Assembly (NCBI GenBank): GCA_043797665.1
Contig: JAZDPL010000073.1
Span: 32,001 to 96,000 of the forward strand
DNA: 64,000 bases
Source: Candidatus Omnitrophota bacterium
GTDB lineage: Bacteria > Ratteibacteria > UBA8468 > MWAK01
Reading direction: 5' to 3'
Shown piece after piece: positions 1 through 10,493 of the stretch (its first letter is position 1; every line of letters begins with the position of its first letter). The position numbers and the translations under genes were made by a program. The notes beneath the pieces are model-generated. The model made no database searches and was not told the origin of the DNA. It was given only the letters and a program-made list of their open reading frames with translations.

Positions 1-1
1 T

Positions 2-301
2 TCGGCTCAGGACAGCCTTCTGAAAGCCGGCTTGGCCGTAAACCGGGCAAACTTTGAAGAGGCGAAGGCAGAGATGTCCGCCGCCAGGAAGAACTTAGAA
101 ATATTTGTAACCTTACCTCTGCCCAAGGAGGTTAAACCTTTTAGAGATTTTAATACGGCGCTGACTGAAATTGATGTTGCTCTGACCAGCGTCAATCCGG
201 AAGTACAGAAGAATATTTCAGCCTTAGCCGATACGGTGGCAGGCCTGCGCAATTCGTTGAGTAGAAGCGTCCAGGCGCAAAAAAAGAAAACTAAACCCTG
301 A
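2..301 (+). CDS. 3' part of a hypothetical helical protein (runs off the left edge)
   Basis: Frame is open from base 2 to TGA at 299-301; same strand as the downstream genes; no recognisable motif. Confidence 0.55.
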   Translation, partial: SAQDSLLKAGLAVNRANFEEAKAEMSAARKNLEIFVTLPLPKEVKPFRDFNTALTEIDVALTSVNPEVQKNISALADTVAGLRNSLSRSVQAQKKKTKP

Positions 302-323
302 AGGACACAAAGTGATCTCCAAT

Positions 324-425
324 GTCATTCCTGCGGATAGTAAGCAGGAATCCATACTCGTAATCACTGGATTCCCGTTTAATACCCCTGTTTACTGCAT
401 ACAGGGGCAGGCTTTCGGGAATGAC
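324..425. repeat. GTCATTCC...GGAATGAC palindromic repeat with an internal extra hairpin
   Basis: GTCATTCCTGC-ggatagtaa-GCAGGAATCCA ... TGGATTCCCG ... CGGGAATGAC; related copies at 3457-3518 and 5916-5985. Confidence 0.8.
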
Positions 426-441
426 AAATTTTTGTAGTAAT

Positions 442-513
442 GGGGCGTTGGTCCAATGGTTAAGATCGCGGTCTTTCAAGCCGTAGATACGGGTCCGATT
501 CCCGTACGCCCCG
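442..513 (+). tRNA. tRNA-Glu (TTC), CCA not encoded
   Basis: Acceptor stem GGGGCGT/ACGCCCC, D-arm GTC-CAATGGTTAA-GAT, anticodon arm GCGGT-CTTTCAA-GCCGT, T-arm ACGGG-TCCGATT-CCCGT. Confidence 0.9.
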
Positions 514-517
514 CGAG

Positions 518-1291
518 ATGGGACTATTAGTCTTTGTAGTAGGTGCGGTCTTCGGGAGTTTCCTTAATATGTGCATCCACCGTCTGCCCCGGAGCCTTTC
601 TATCGTCAGACCCGGTTCGTTCTGTCCTCATTGCCAGCATAAACTCGCCTGGTTTGACAATATTCCTCTGGTTAGTTATCTAATTTTACGCGGCCACTGC
701 CGGTACTGCCGCAAGTTAATCCTTCCGCGTTACTTCATCGTGGAGTTGCTAACCAGTTTTCTTTTACTTTTACTCTACCTGCGTTTTGACCTTTCTGCTT
801 CCTTTTTTATCTTCAGCCTTTTTATTCTGGCATTGATTTTGGCGTCCTTCATAGATTGGGAGCATTACCTGATTCCGGACCTGGTGGTCTACCCGGGCAT
901 CGTTTTAGGTCTTCTCTTTAATCTTATCTTTCCGGAATTAGCCTTTTCCAACGATTCCCTTTACGCCTTAAAAGAGTCGTTCCTCGGAGTGCTGGTCGGC
1001 GGCGGATTCCTCTACCTCACCGCCCTGGCCGGCGAAGTTGTTATGAAGAAAGAGGCGATGGGCGGCGGCGACGTTAAACTTTTAGCGATGATTGGTGCTT
1101 TCCTGGGCTGGCGGCCGGTTCTCCTGACCATTTTCTTCGGTTCCATCATCGGCAGCGTGGTCGGTTTAGCGCTGATCGGTCTGAAGATAAAGAAACGGAC
1201 CGACTACATCCCTTTTGGTCCTTACCTCTCTTTGGGGGCAGTGCTCAGTCTCTTCTATAAAGGCAGTACCTTCTTAGGCTACTACATATAA
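518..1291 (+). CDS. pilD: Prepilin peptidase / N-methyltransferase (A24 family)
   Basis: GSFLNMCIHRLP, two CxxC pairs (CPHC, CRYC), FID and MGGGDVKL catalytic Asp motifs, IPFGPYL. Confidence 0.93.
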   Translation: MGLLVFVVGAVFGSFLNMCIHRLPRSLSIVRPGSFCPHCQHKLAWFDNIPLVSYLILRGHCRYCRKLILPRYFIVELLTSFLLLLLYLRFDLSASFFIFSLFILALILASFIDWEHYLIPDLVVYPGIVLGLLFNLIFPELAFSNDSLYALKESFLGVLVGGGFLYLTALAGEVVMKKEAMGGGDVKLLAMIGAFLGWRPVLLTIFFGSIIGSVVGLALIGLKIKKRTDYIPFGPYLSLGAVLSLFYKGSTFLGYYI

Positions 1292-1298
1292 TTATGAT

Positions 1299-1388
1299 GT
1301 CACCCTGAGCATAGCGAAGGGTCTCGTAAAAAAGCGAGATTCTTCGGTTCCCTACCTTGATGGTAGGGAACCCGTACCTCAGAATGAC
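1299..1388. repeat. GTCACCCTGAG...CTCAGAATGAC palindromic repeat carrying a nested 26-bp hairpin element (1350-1375)
   Basis: Terminal inverted arms plus an internal CCCTACCTTGATGGTAGGGAACCCGT identical to the copies at 4232-4257 and 25063-25088. Confidence 0.75.
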
Positions 1389-1391
1389 AAA

Positions 1392-3446
1392 ATGGTGGAC
1401 CCGAGTACGCCGGTTCGGTATCTGAAAGGAGTGGGGCCCAAGAAGAGTGAAATCTTCGCCAAAATGGGCGTCCACACCATCTTTGACCTCCTCTACTATT
1501 TCCCCAGACGCTACGAGGACCGGAAGAAGACCGTTAAGATTGCGGAAACCGTCCCGGGCCAGAACGCAACTATCCGGGCTGAAGTTTTAACTTCAGGCTT
1601 GAAGGACGGGTTCCGAGGCAAACGTATCTTTACGGTAGGCCTGAGTGACGACACCGGGGTCCTTTTTGCCACCTTCTTCAACCAGTCTTACCTTCAAGAT
1701 ATTTTTAAGCCGGGTCAGACGGTGCTGGTCTCCGGCCGGATTGAAGTTTACCAGGCGGGGAAGCAGATGGTCCACCCGGCATTTGAAATCATAGGCGAAC
1801 ACAAAGCATCTCTGGAAACCGGACGCATCGTCTCCTTATACCGGCTCCCGGAAGGCTTGAGCCAGCGCAGTTTTCACCTTGTCCTCTGGGAGGCACTGAA
1901 GGATAACCGGGGCAGATTTGAGGACATCGTCCCTTTTACGGTGCGGAATGAAATGAACCTGGGAAACCAGTACTATGCCCTGAAGAATATCCACTTTCCG
2001 GTAACGCCTACCGATTTGAAGAAGGCACGGGAATATCTAATCTTTGAGGAGTTTTTCTTCCTGAGTTCTGCGTTAAGGCACCGCAGGTTGGAGAGACAGA
2101 AGAATCAGATTTTGAAATCTGACGAAAGAGAAACAGAGCCTTTCCAGAAGATAGAGTTTCAGGATTTCCTGGCTAAATTTCAGGGTCTGCTGGACTTTCC
2201 CCTTACGGATAGCCAGCGGTCTGCGTTGAAAGAGATTGTCGCTGACCTCCGGAAGGATTACCCGATGCAGAGACTTTTAACCGGTGAGGTAGGTTCCGGA
2301 AAGACCTTGGTGGCGGCCGGCGCCATTTTTTACATGGTGCTTTCCGGCGGACAGTCCGCTTTCCTGGCGCCGACCGAAATTCTGGCAGAACAGCACTTCC
2401 TTAACCTCCAGCGTATTTTTGCCAGAGCCGGCAGAGAAGTCGCTCTGCTGGTCAGCGGAATAAGCCGGCAGGAGAAAGAGGCGGTTAAGACCGGTGTGGC
2501 TGAAGGCAGAATTTCCATAGTAATCGGTACCCACAGCCTCCTTTCGGAAGATTTAATCTTCCCTTCTCTCTCTTTAGCCATCATTGATGAGGAGCATAAG
2601 TTTGGTGTCAATCAGCGGGAAGTTTTAGGTGAGAAAGGAAAGGGAGTACATCTCCTGCTGATGAGCGCCACGCCGATTCCCAGAACGTTAGCTCTTACCC
2701 TTTACGGCGAGATAGAATTGAGCAGTCTCTCGCCCCGGGGCAAACGCCGGGTTGCCACCTATCTCTTCCGTAAAGAAGAACGGGAGGTTGCCTACCGGTT
2801 ATTTGACCGGTATCTGGTCCAGGGCAAGAAGGGATACGTAGTATCCAGTCGTTTAAAGGGAACGGCCGAAGATGTAGTTGGCGCTAAACCTCTTTTTGAA
2901 GAAGTTACGGCTAAGTTTCCTCACTGGCAGCCCGCCTTAATCTACGGCGGTCTTCCTCTGAAAGAAAAAGAAAGGGTCATCGCGGGTTTTCGTGAAGGGA
3001 AGTACCAGGTTCTGGTAGCGACCTCAGTGGTTGAGGTGGGTATTGACCTGCCGGAAGCAAACCTCCTTCTGATAGAAGATGCGGAACGTTTTGGTTTGGC
3101 GCAACTCCATCAGATACGGGGTCGTATCGGCCGGCAGTTTGAAGAAGCGCTCTGTCTGGTTGTCAGTGAATTCCAAAATGACCGGGCAGTAGAACGTTTA
3201 GAGATATTTGCTTCCACCTCGGAGGGCCAGGAATTGGCTGAGGACGACCTGGTTCTGCGTGGTGAGGGCGAGGTATTGGGAGAGCGGCAGCATGGTTTAC
3301 CTTCTTTGCGGCTGGCAAACCTGCGCCGCGATCTGGATTTATTGCAGAGCGGCCGTAAGACCGCCTGGGAGATTCTGGATGTTGACCCCGGACTGGAACT
3401 TCACCCGGAACTGCGCCAGCGCCTGATGATGCAAAACTTGTGGTAA
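1392..3446 (+). CDS. recG: ATP-dependent DNA helicase RecG
   Basis: LKGVGPK...LLYYFPRRYED N-terminus, wedge/OB domain, GEVGSGKT, DEEH, SATPIPRTL, AERFGLAQLHQIRGRIGR. Confidence 0.96.
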   Translation: MVDPSTPVRYLKGVGPKKSEIFAKMGVHTIFDLLYYFPRRYEDRKKTVKIAETVPGQNATIRAEVLTSGLKDGFRGKRIFTVGLSDDTGVLFATFFNQSYLQDIFKPGQTVLVSGRIEVYQAGKQMVHPAFEIIGEHKASLETGRIVSLYRLPEGLSQRSFHLVLWEALKDNRGRFEDIVPFTVRNEMNLGNQYYALKNIHFPVTPTDLKKAREYLIFEEFFFLSSALRHRRLERQKNQILKSDERETEPFQKIEFQDFLAKFQGLLDFPLTDSQRSALKEIVADLRKDYPMQRLLTGEVGSGKTLVAAGAIFYMVLSGGQSAFLAPTEILAEQHFLNLQRIFARAGREVALLVSGISRQEKEAVKTGVAEGRISIVIGTHSLLSEDLIFPSLSLAIIDEEHKFGVNQREVLGEKGKGVHLLLMSATPIPRTLALTLYGEIELSSLSPRGKRRVATYLFRKEEREVAYRLFDRYLVQGKKGYVVSSRLKGTAEDVVGAKPLFEEVTAKFPHWQPALIYGGLPLKEKERVIAGFREGKYQVLVATSVVEVGIDLPEANLLLIEDAERFGLAQLHQIRGRIGRQFEEALCLVVSEFQNDRAVERLEIFASTSEGQELAEDDLVLRGEGEVLGERQHGLPSLRLANLRRDLDLLQSGRKTAWEILDVDPGLELHPELRQRLMMQNLW

Positions 3447-3456
3447 CGCTTACGCT

Positions 3457-3518
3457 GTCATTCCCGCACGTGGTAAGCGGGAATCCATAGATTCCTGTTT
3501 ACTACATACAGGAATGAC
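3457..3518. repeat. GTCATTCC...GGAATGAC palindromic repeat
   Basis: GTCATTCCCGC-acgtggtaa-GCGGGAATCCATAGATTCCTG-tttactacata-CAGGAATGAC. Confidence 0.8.
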
Positions 3519-3533
3519 ATCTTAGGATTATAG

Positions 3534-4229
3534 ATGGAAAAAGGGTTGGTAGTTGTTATTTCGGCGTATAACGAAGCCAGATTCATTAAAGGGGTGGCGG
3601 AGAATGCCAGGGGGTATGCGGAAGAAGTGGTTGTGGTGGACGACGGCTCTAAGGACAAAACTGCCGAACTGGCGAAGTCGGCCGGAGCAACGGTCATCAG
3701 CCACTCTGAAAATTCAGGCAAGGGTACCGCACTCCGTACCGGTTTTGAATATGCTTATCAGAAAGGATATCCGATTATTATCACGATGGACGGCGATGGT
3801 CAGCACCACCCTGAGGACATGCCGGTTCTTTTGGAACACTACCGTAAAACCGGCGCCGGAGTGGTGGTTGGGTGCAGGTCCCGGAACCTGAAGAATATGC
3901 CGGTAGAACGGTTTGTCACCAACTGGTTTACCTCGTTTCTGGTCTCTTTACTGGCTGGTCAGCGGATACGGGACAGCCAGTCCGGATTTCGGGTTTTTGA
4001 TAGCCGGGTTATACCGTTTCTCTCCTTTTCTGCCAGCCATTTTGCCACGGAATCAGAAGTTTTAGTGGAGGCAAGCCGGGCCGGATTTAAAATTGCGGAA
4101 GCGCCAATCCGGACTATCTACGGACAGGAGCGGAGTAAACAGCATCCCTTGCGGGATACGGTGCGGTTCTTTAAATTTTTCTTCCGTTCCCTCTTTAAAA
4201 GACACCCTCACCCCACCCTCTCCCCTTGA
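3534..4229 (+). CDS. Glycosyltransferase family 2 (DPM/DPG synthase-like)
   Basis: AYNE, VVDDGSKD, GKGTAL, MDGDGQH, DSQSGFR motifs; the last codons (HPHPTLSP*) come from a repeat. Confidence 0.9.
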   Translation: MEKGLVVVISAYNEARFIKGVAENARGYAEEVVVVDDGSKDKTAELAKSAGATVISHSENSGKGTALRTGFEYAYQKGYPIIITMDGDGQHHPEDMPVLLEHYRKTGAGVVVGCRSRNLKNMPVERFVTNWFTSFLVSLLAGQRIRDSQSGFRVFDSRVIPFLSFSASHFATESEVLVEASRAGFKIAEAPIRTIYGQERSKQHPLRDTVRFFKFFFRSLFKRHPHPTLSP

Positions 4230-4277
4230 GGACGGGTTCCCTACCATCAAGGTAGGGGAGGATTAAGGTGAGGGGTG
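4203..4277. repeat. CCCTCACC...CTCTCCCC...GGGGAG...GGTGAGGG palindromic repeat with a nested 26-bp element (4232-4257)
   Basis: Inverted arms CACCCTCACC / GGTGAGGGGTG; related half copy at 26051-26107. Confidence 0.75.
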
Positions 4278-4286
4278 CTAATATCT

Positions 4287-4336
4287 GTAGGGGCTTGATT
4301 TATCAAGCCCGCGGGTCGGATGAATCCGACCCCTAC
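4287..4336. repeat. GTAG-family REP doublet (REPIN-like), 50 bp
   Basis: GTAG-GGGCTTGATTTATCAAGCCC-GC-GGGTCGGATGAATCCGACCC-CTAC. Confidence 0.9.
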
Positions 4337-4346
4337 TATGGCTTAA

Positions 4347-5000
4347 ATGGCAGAGCAAGATTACGAAACTCTTCGGCAGGAGATGGTCTCCGGGCACCTT
4401 GTTGGCCGGGGAATAAAAGATCCTTTGGTCCTCGCTGCCTTTCGCAAAGTTCCCCGGGAGAAGTTTGTCCCCGTAGAATACCGGGTAGACTCCTACGGTG
4501 ACTTTCCCCTGCCCATCGGCTATGACCAGACCATCAGCCAGCCGTATATCGTGGCTTTGATGATGGAGGCGCTTTCGTTGAAGAGGACAGACAAACTTCT
4601 GGAGATTGGAACCGGAAGCGGTTATCAGACTGCGCTCCTGACCGAGGTTGTTTCTTTTGTCTACTCCATAGAACGAATTCCGAACCTGGCGGAAAGGGCA
4701 GAAGAGATATTGAAAGAATTGGGTTACGCCAATTTTGAAATAAAGTTCGGTGACGGTACCTCCGGCTGGCAGGAACACGCACCCTTTGATGTGGTTCTGG
4801 TAAGCGCCGGCGCCAATAAAGCGCCAGCCAGTCTTTTGAACCAGTTGGCGCTTTCCGGAAGGATGATTATACCGGAGGGAAATCACTGGAGCCAGGACTT
4901 AACCCTTTACCGGAAGACCCCTTCCGGTATTACCTCCCGGAGCCTGGGCGGCTGTCGGTTCGTTCCCCTGATTGGAAAGGAAGGATGGGAATCTATGTAA
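4347..5000 (+). CDS. pcm: Protein-L-isoaspartate O-methyltransferase
   Basis: VPREKFVP, QTISQPYIVA, LEIGTGSGYQTA, GDGTSGW, CRFVPLIG. Confidence 0.95.
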   Translation: MAEQDYETLRQEMVSGHLVGRGIKDPLVLAAFRKVPREKFVPVEYRVDSYGDFPLPIGYDQTISQPYIVALMMEALSLKRTDKLLEIGTGSGYQTALLTEVVSFVYSIERIPNLAERAEEILKELGYANFEIKFGDGTSGWQEHAPFDVVLVSAGANKAPASLLNQLALSGRMIIPEGNHWSQDLTLYRKTPSGITSRSLGGCRFVPLIGKEGWESM

Positions 5001-5449
5001 TCACCTTTATCCTCTCCCTGCTTCCGATTTCGGAACTGCGGGGAGCCATTCCCTATGGCCTCAGCCAGGGTCTGCCTCTGAAGTGGGTTCTGGTTACCGC
5101 TATTGTGGGTAACTTTATTCCGGTTATCCCGGTCTATTGGGGTATTCAGAAGTTAGCCCGGTATCTTTCTAAGTTCCCGTCAGCAAAAAAGTTTTTTGAC
5201 TGGCTTTTTGAGCGTAGCCGGAGGAAGGCAAAAGGGATTGAGTGTTCCGAGTTTCTTGGTTTAGCCATTTTTGTCGGAATTCCCTTGCCGATGACCGGTG
5301 CCTGGACCGGTGCGATTATCTCCAGCCTTTTAGGCATACCACCCAAGAGGGCGATTCCCTCGGTAACCTTAGGTATTCTGATAGCGGCCGGAATCGTAAC
5401 CGGAATCTGCCTGGGCGTAATCACCGTCTTCCGCCAATTCGTCAGGTAA
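4985..5449 (+). CDS. Small multi-drug export family membrane protein (COG2426-like)
   Basis: LPISELRGAIP and FVGIPLPMTGAWTGA signatures; hydrophobic. Confidence 0.85.
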   Translation: MGIYVITFILSLLPISELRGAIPYGLSQGLPLKWVLVTAIVGNFIPVIPVYWGIQKLARYLSKFPSAKKFFDWLFERSRRKAKGIECSEFLGLAIFVGIPLPMTGAWTGAIISSLLGIPPKRAIPSVTLGILIAAGIVTGICLGVITVFRQFVR

Positions 5450-5458
5450 ATAGGGGCA

Positions 5459-5508
5459 GTAGGGGTCGGATTCATCCGACCCGCGGGTTCGATAAATCGA
5501 ACCCCTAC
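5459..5508. repeat. GTAG-family REP doublet
   Basis: GTAG-GGGTCGGATTCATCCGACCC-GC-GGGTTCGATAAATCGAACCC-CTAC. Confidence 0.9.
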
Positions 5509-5542
5509 AGAAGCCCCGCCTTGTAAGCCGGAATCTATACCT

Positions 5543-5818
5543 ATGAAACGGCTTCATCTTCACGTCTCCGGATACGTCCAGGGCGTGGGTTTTCGCTGGT
5601 ACGCGGAGAAGATTGCCCGCAAAGTGGGCGATATCACCGGTTTTGTGCGCAACCTGGGTGACAGCCGGGTGGAGGTTGTAGCGGAAGGCGAAGAGGCACA
5701 ATTAGAAAAGTTCCTCAACGAACTGAAGTCCGGTTATCTGGGTAAAAACATTGAGGATATCCGGAATTTAGACGAGCCCTGCACCGGCCAATTCCCCGAT
5801 TTTGCCATAACTTTTTAG
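5543..5818 (+). CDS. acyP: Acylphosphatase
   Basis: VSGYVQGVGFRW and GFVRNLGDSRVEVVAEG signatures. Confidence 0.93.
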   Translation: MKRLHLHVSGYVQGVGFRWYAEKIARKVGDITGFVRNLGDSRVEVVAEGEEAQLEKFLNELKSGYLGKNIEDIRNLDEPCTGQFPDFAITF

Positions 5819-5985
5819 TAGCGGTGCGATTCATCGCACGAATAAATAGTGGCATGAATGCCCTTGCTAATTCTAATGGAAAGGGGACCCGTATTCCGGA
5901 TGCTACAAAAAAGCTGTCATTCCGGCGGATAGTAAGCCGGAATCCAGTAGTTAAAGACGAGATTCCGTATCGAGTACGGAATGAC
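5818..5985. repeat. Composite repeat cluster: GTAGCGGTGCGAT REP, nested CCCT-hairpin element (5861-5892), GTCATTCC repeat (5916-5985)
   Basis: Each component recurs elsewhere (23853-23874, 25976-26053, 27075-27096, 324-425). Confidence 0.8.
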
Positions 5986-6002
5986 AAATTAGGGGTTAAT
6001 AT

Positions 6003-6401
6003 ATGGAGACGATACCGGTAAGGACAGGGTCAAGACAGGAGTTTGTGGAGGTTAGCCGGGAGGTACAGAGGGTTGTTGGAGAGAAAGGCTGGCAGGACGG
6101 CGTCCTTTTCCTCTTTGTCCCCCACACCACCGCGGGTATCTTAATTAACGAGCACGCGGACCCGGATGTGGCTGAGGATATCGGCGCAATGACGGATAAG
6201 ATGGTGTCCGCCACATTTCCTTATCAGCACAGCGAGGGTAACAGCCCGGGCCACATCAAGTCGGTCCTTTTCGGGAGTTCCCTATACGTAATCGTGGAGC
6301 AGGGCTCCTTACAGTTAGGGACCTGGCAGGGGATATTCTTCGCGGAATTTGACGGTCCCCGCAGCCGCACCCTCTGGCTGAAATTTCTTTCTTCTGGTTG
6401 A
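6003..6401 (+). CDS. yjbQ: YjbQ / UPF0047 family protein
   Basis: FVPHTTAGILINE.ADPDV, HSEGNSPGHIKS, LGTWQGIFFAEFDGPRSR. Confidence 0.92.
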   Translation: METIPVRTGSRQEFVEVSREVQRVVGEKGWQDGVLFLFVPHTTAGILINEHADPDVAEDIGAMTDKMVSATFPYQHSEGNSPGHIKSVLFGSSLYVIVEQGSLQLGTWQGIFFAEFDGPRSRTLWLKFLSSG

Positions 6402-6416
6402 TTGCCATTCTGAGGC

Positions 6417-6466
6417 GTAGGGGTCGGATTTATCCGACCCGCGGGCTTGATAAATCAAGCCCCTAC
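6417..6466. repeat. GTAG-family REP doublet
   Basis: GTAG-GGGTCGGATTTATCCGACCC-GC-GGGCTTGATAAATCAAGCCC-CTAC. Confidence 0.9.
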
Positions 6467-6475
6467 TGTAAAATT

Positions 6476-6933
6476 ATGGTTTGGCGGCAAAAATTCCGGT
6501 TGATTTATCCGCTTTTTTTCGCTGCGGTTCTGGTAAAATCTTTTGCTAACCTGGGTCTGGAGTTGATACCCTGTTACCCGGAAGCAGAGGCACACCTGGG
6601 CCTGCAGTATGTTATCGGATTACCGGAAAATACCGGGCTTATTTTTAAGGAGCCGGCGGGCATCGAGTTCCACACCCATAACTGCCGGTTTCCGATTGAG
6701 TGGTCTTGTTTCTCCGGGAAGTTTGAATTGCTGAAACGGAAAGTCCTGCTTCCGGAGACTTCAGGGCATATTACACCCGCCGGAACCCGGTACGTCATAG
6801 AGACGAATAAAGGGTTCTTTGCCAGAAAGGGAATAAAAGAAGGTGACCGGTTTGACCCGAAGAGTATCCGGTATTCCCGGAAATACAAAACCGTCTATGA
6901 TTTACCCCGGATTAAGGACCGCGGAGGAAAAAG

Positions 6934-6937
<4 letters not shown>
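6476..6937 (+). CDS. DUF192-like exported protein
   Basis: Hydrophobic N-terminus, GLQYVIGLPENTGLIF, FHTHNCRFPI, YVIETNKGFF..GIKEGD; start moved to ATG 6476 because the upstream extension is translated REP. Confidence 0.65.
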
Positions 6938-9260
<2,323 letters not shown>

Positions 9261-9282
9261 CGCACCTTCGGTGCGAACGTGT

Positions 9283-9338
9283 GTAGGGGTCGGATTCATC
9301 CGACCCGAATAAGCGAGCTTGATAAATCAAGCCCCTAC
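9283..9338. repeat. GTAG-family REP doublet (8-nt spacer) between convergent genes
   Basis: GTAG-GGGTCGGATTCATCCGACCC-gaataagc-GAGCTTGATAAATCAAGCCC-CTAC. Confidence 0.85.
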
Positions 9339-9360
9339 GGTTATTCCGGATAGTTTCGCG

Positions 9361-9687
9361 TTATTTTTTCCGTAATGTTTGTGCCTCCATATCATGTTTA
9401 TCCGTGTGGCGTATGTACACCTTTTGTTCGTTGCTTTCGGTTTGTTCAGATTTATCGGTAGCCCGTCTTTGGAGCTTTTCCTGACCCGATTCCTTGGGTT
9501 CGTACCAGATAGCTAAGAAAAGGACATTTTCTGAACTACCACTCATTCCGGTTGGCGCCTGACCGAAATTCTGTTGAATCTCTGTAATCGTTATTCCCGT
9601 CTTCTCCACCCATTCGTTCAGTTCGGCTTCCAGAAACTCTAACGCTTTGCGTGTTACTCCGGTGGTAAAGAATCGGACCTTGGACAT
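9361..9687 (-). CDS. Small hypothetical protein
   Basis: ATG at 9687 preceded by a GAGGGGG RBS; compact N-terminal domain and charged tail with RRATDK / IRHTDK. Confidence 0.65.
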   Translation of the reverse strand: MSKVRFFTTGVTRKALEFLEAELNEWVEKTGITITEIQQNFGQAPTGMSGSSENVLFLAIWYEPKESGQEKLQRRATDKSEQTESNEQKVYIRHTDKHDMEAQTLRKK

Positions 9688-9865
9688 TTTATTCCCCCTC
9701 GTCAATTCTATAAGGGTTCCCTTTCCATAGGATTGGAAAGGGCAATGGAACCCGTCTTTTACATTTCCGGATGATTCTTTATCTTACCAAAAACAGTTCC
9801 AAAAATCAATAGATGATTACACTTTATGATATTTTGTTGGTGTATATGGTATCATAACAACGGAG

Positions 9866-10489
9866 ATGCTGAAGGTAAAGACGTTGGTGGTGGGACCGCT
9901 GGCGACCAATTGTTACCTGGTAACTGAACCTGAAACCGGACAGGGTGTCATTATTGACCCGGGTGCGGAAAAGGAGAAGATTTTACGTGCGGTCAGCCGG
10001 AACGGAGCGAAGATTTCTGCGGTTGTCAATACCCACTGCCATTTTGACCATACCGGTGCGGATATCCTTAAGGAGGAATTAGGAGTTCCCCTCCTTGTCC
10101 CACGGCTGGACCTGCCGTTTCTGGAGAGCAGCCTTTCCGACCAGACCGCGCTCCTGGGGTTTGGTCCGGCTGAGGAGGCGATACCGCAGCCGGATAAGTT
10201 TTTGAAGGAGGGTGACGAAATCAAAATCGGCAAAGAAAGTCTTCTGGTCTGGCACACACCCGGCCATACACCCGGGGGTATCTGTTTGGTGGGTAAAGAC
10301 ATCGTCTTCACCGGCGATACTCTGTTCAAAAAAGGGGTGGGAAGAACCGACTTAGAGGGTGGTTCAGACGAAGAGTTGGAAAAGTCGTTGAGGAGACTCT
10401 TTACGTTACCGGATGAGTTCATCGTCTACCCGGGTCATGGTCCGGCCACCCTCATCGGTGACGAAAAACCCCTTATCAATAAAATTTAG
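9866..10489 (+). CDS. MBL-fold metallo-hydrolase (glyoxalase II-like)
   Basis: THCHFDH, HTPGHTPG, FTGDTLF..GVGRTDL, VYPGHGP. Confidence 0.92.
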   Translation: MLKVKTLVVGPLATNCYLVTEPETGQGVIIDPGAEKEKILRAVSRNGAKISAVVNTHCHFDHTGADILKEELGVPLLVPRLDLPFLESSLSDQTALLGFGPAEEAIPQPDKFLKEGDEIKIGKESLLVWHTPGHTPGGICLVGKDIVFTGDTLFKKGVGRTDLEGGSDEELEKSLRRLFTLPDEFIVYPGHGPATLIGDEKPLINKI

Positions 10490-10493
10490 CCGG

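Noticed and set aside
4278..4886. 202-aa minus-strand ORF
   Set aside because: Antisense shadow of pcm ending in REP sequence; the same reasoning applies to the many other short overlapping ORFs in the track.
5824..6021. 65-aa ORF between acyP and yjbQ
   Set aside because: Composed almost entirely of palindromic repeats.
6398..6475. N-terminal extension of the DUF192-like ORF
   Set aside because: Translated REP sequence (RRGRIYPTRGLDKSSPY); ATG 6476 gives a normal hydrophobic leader.
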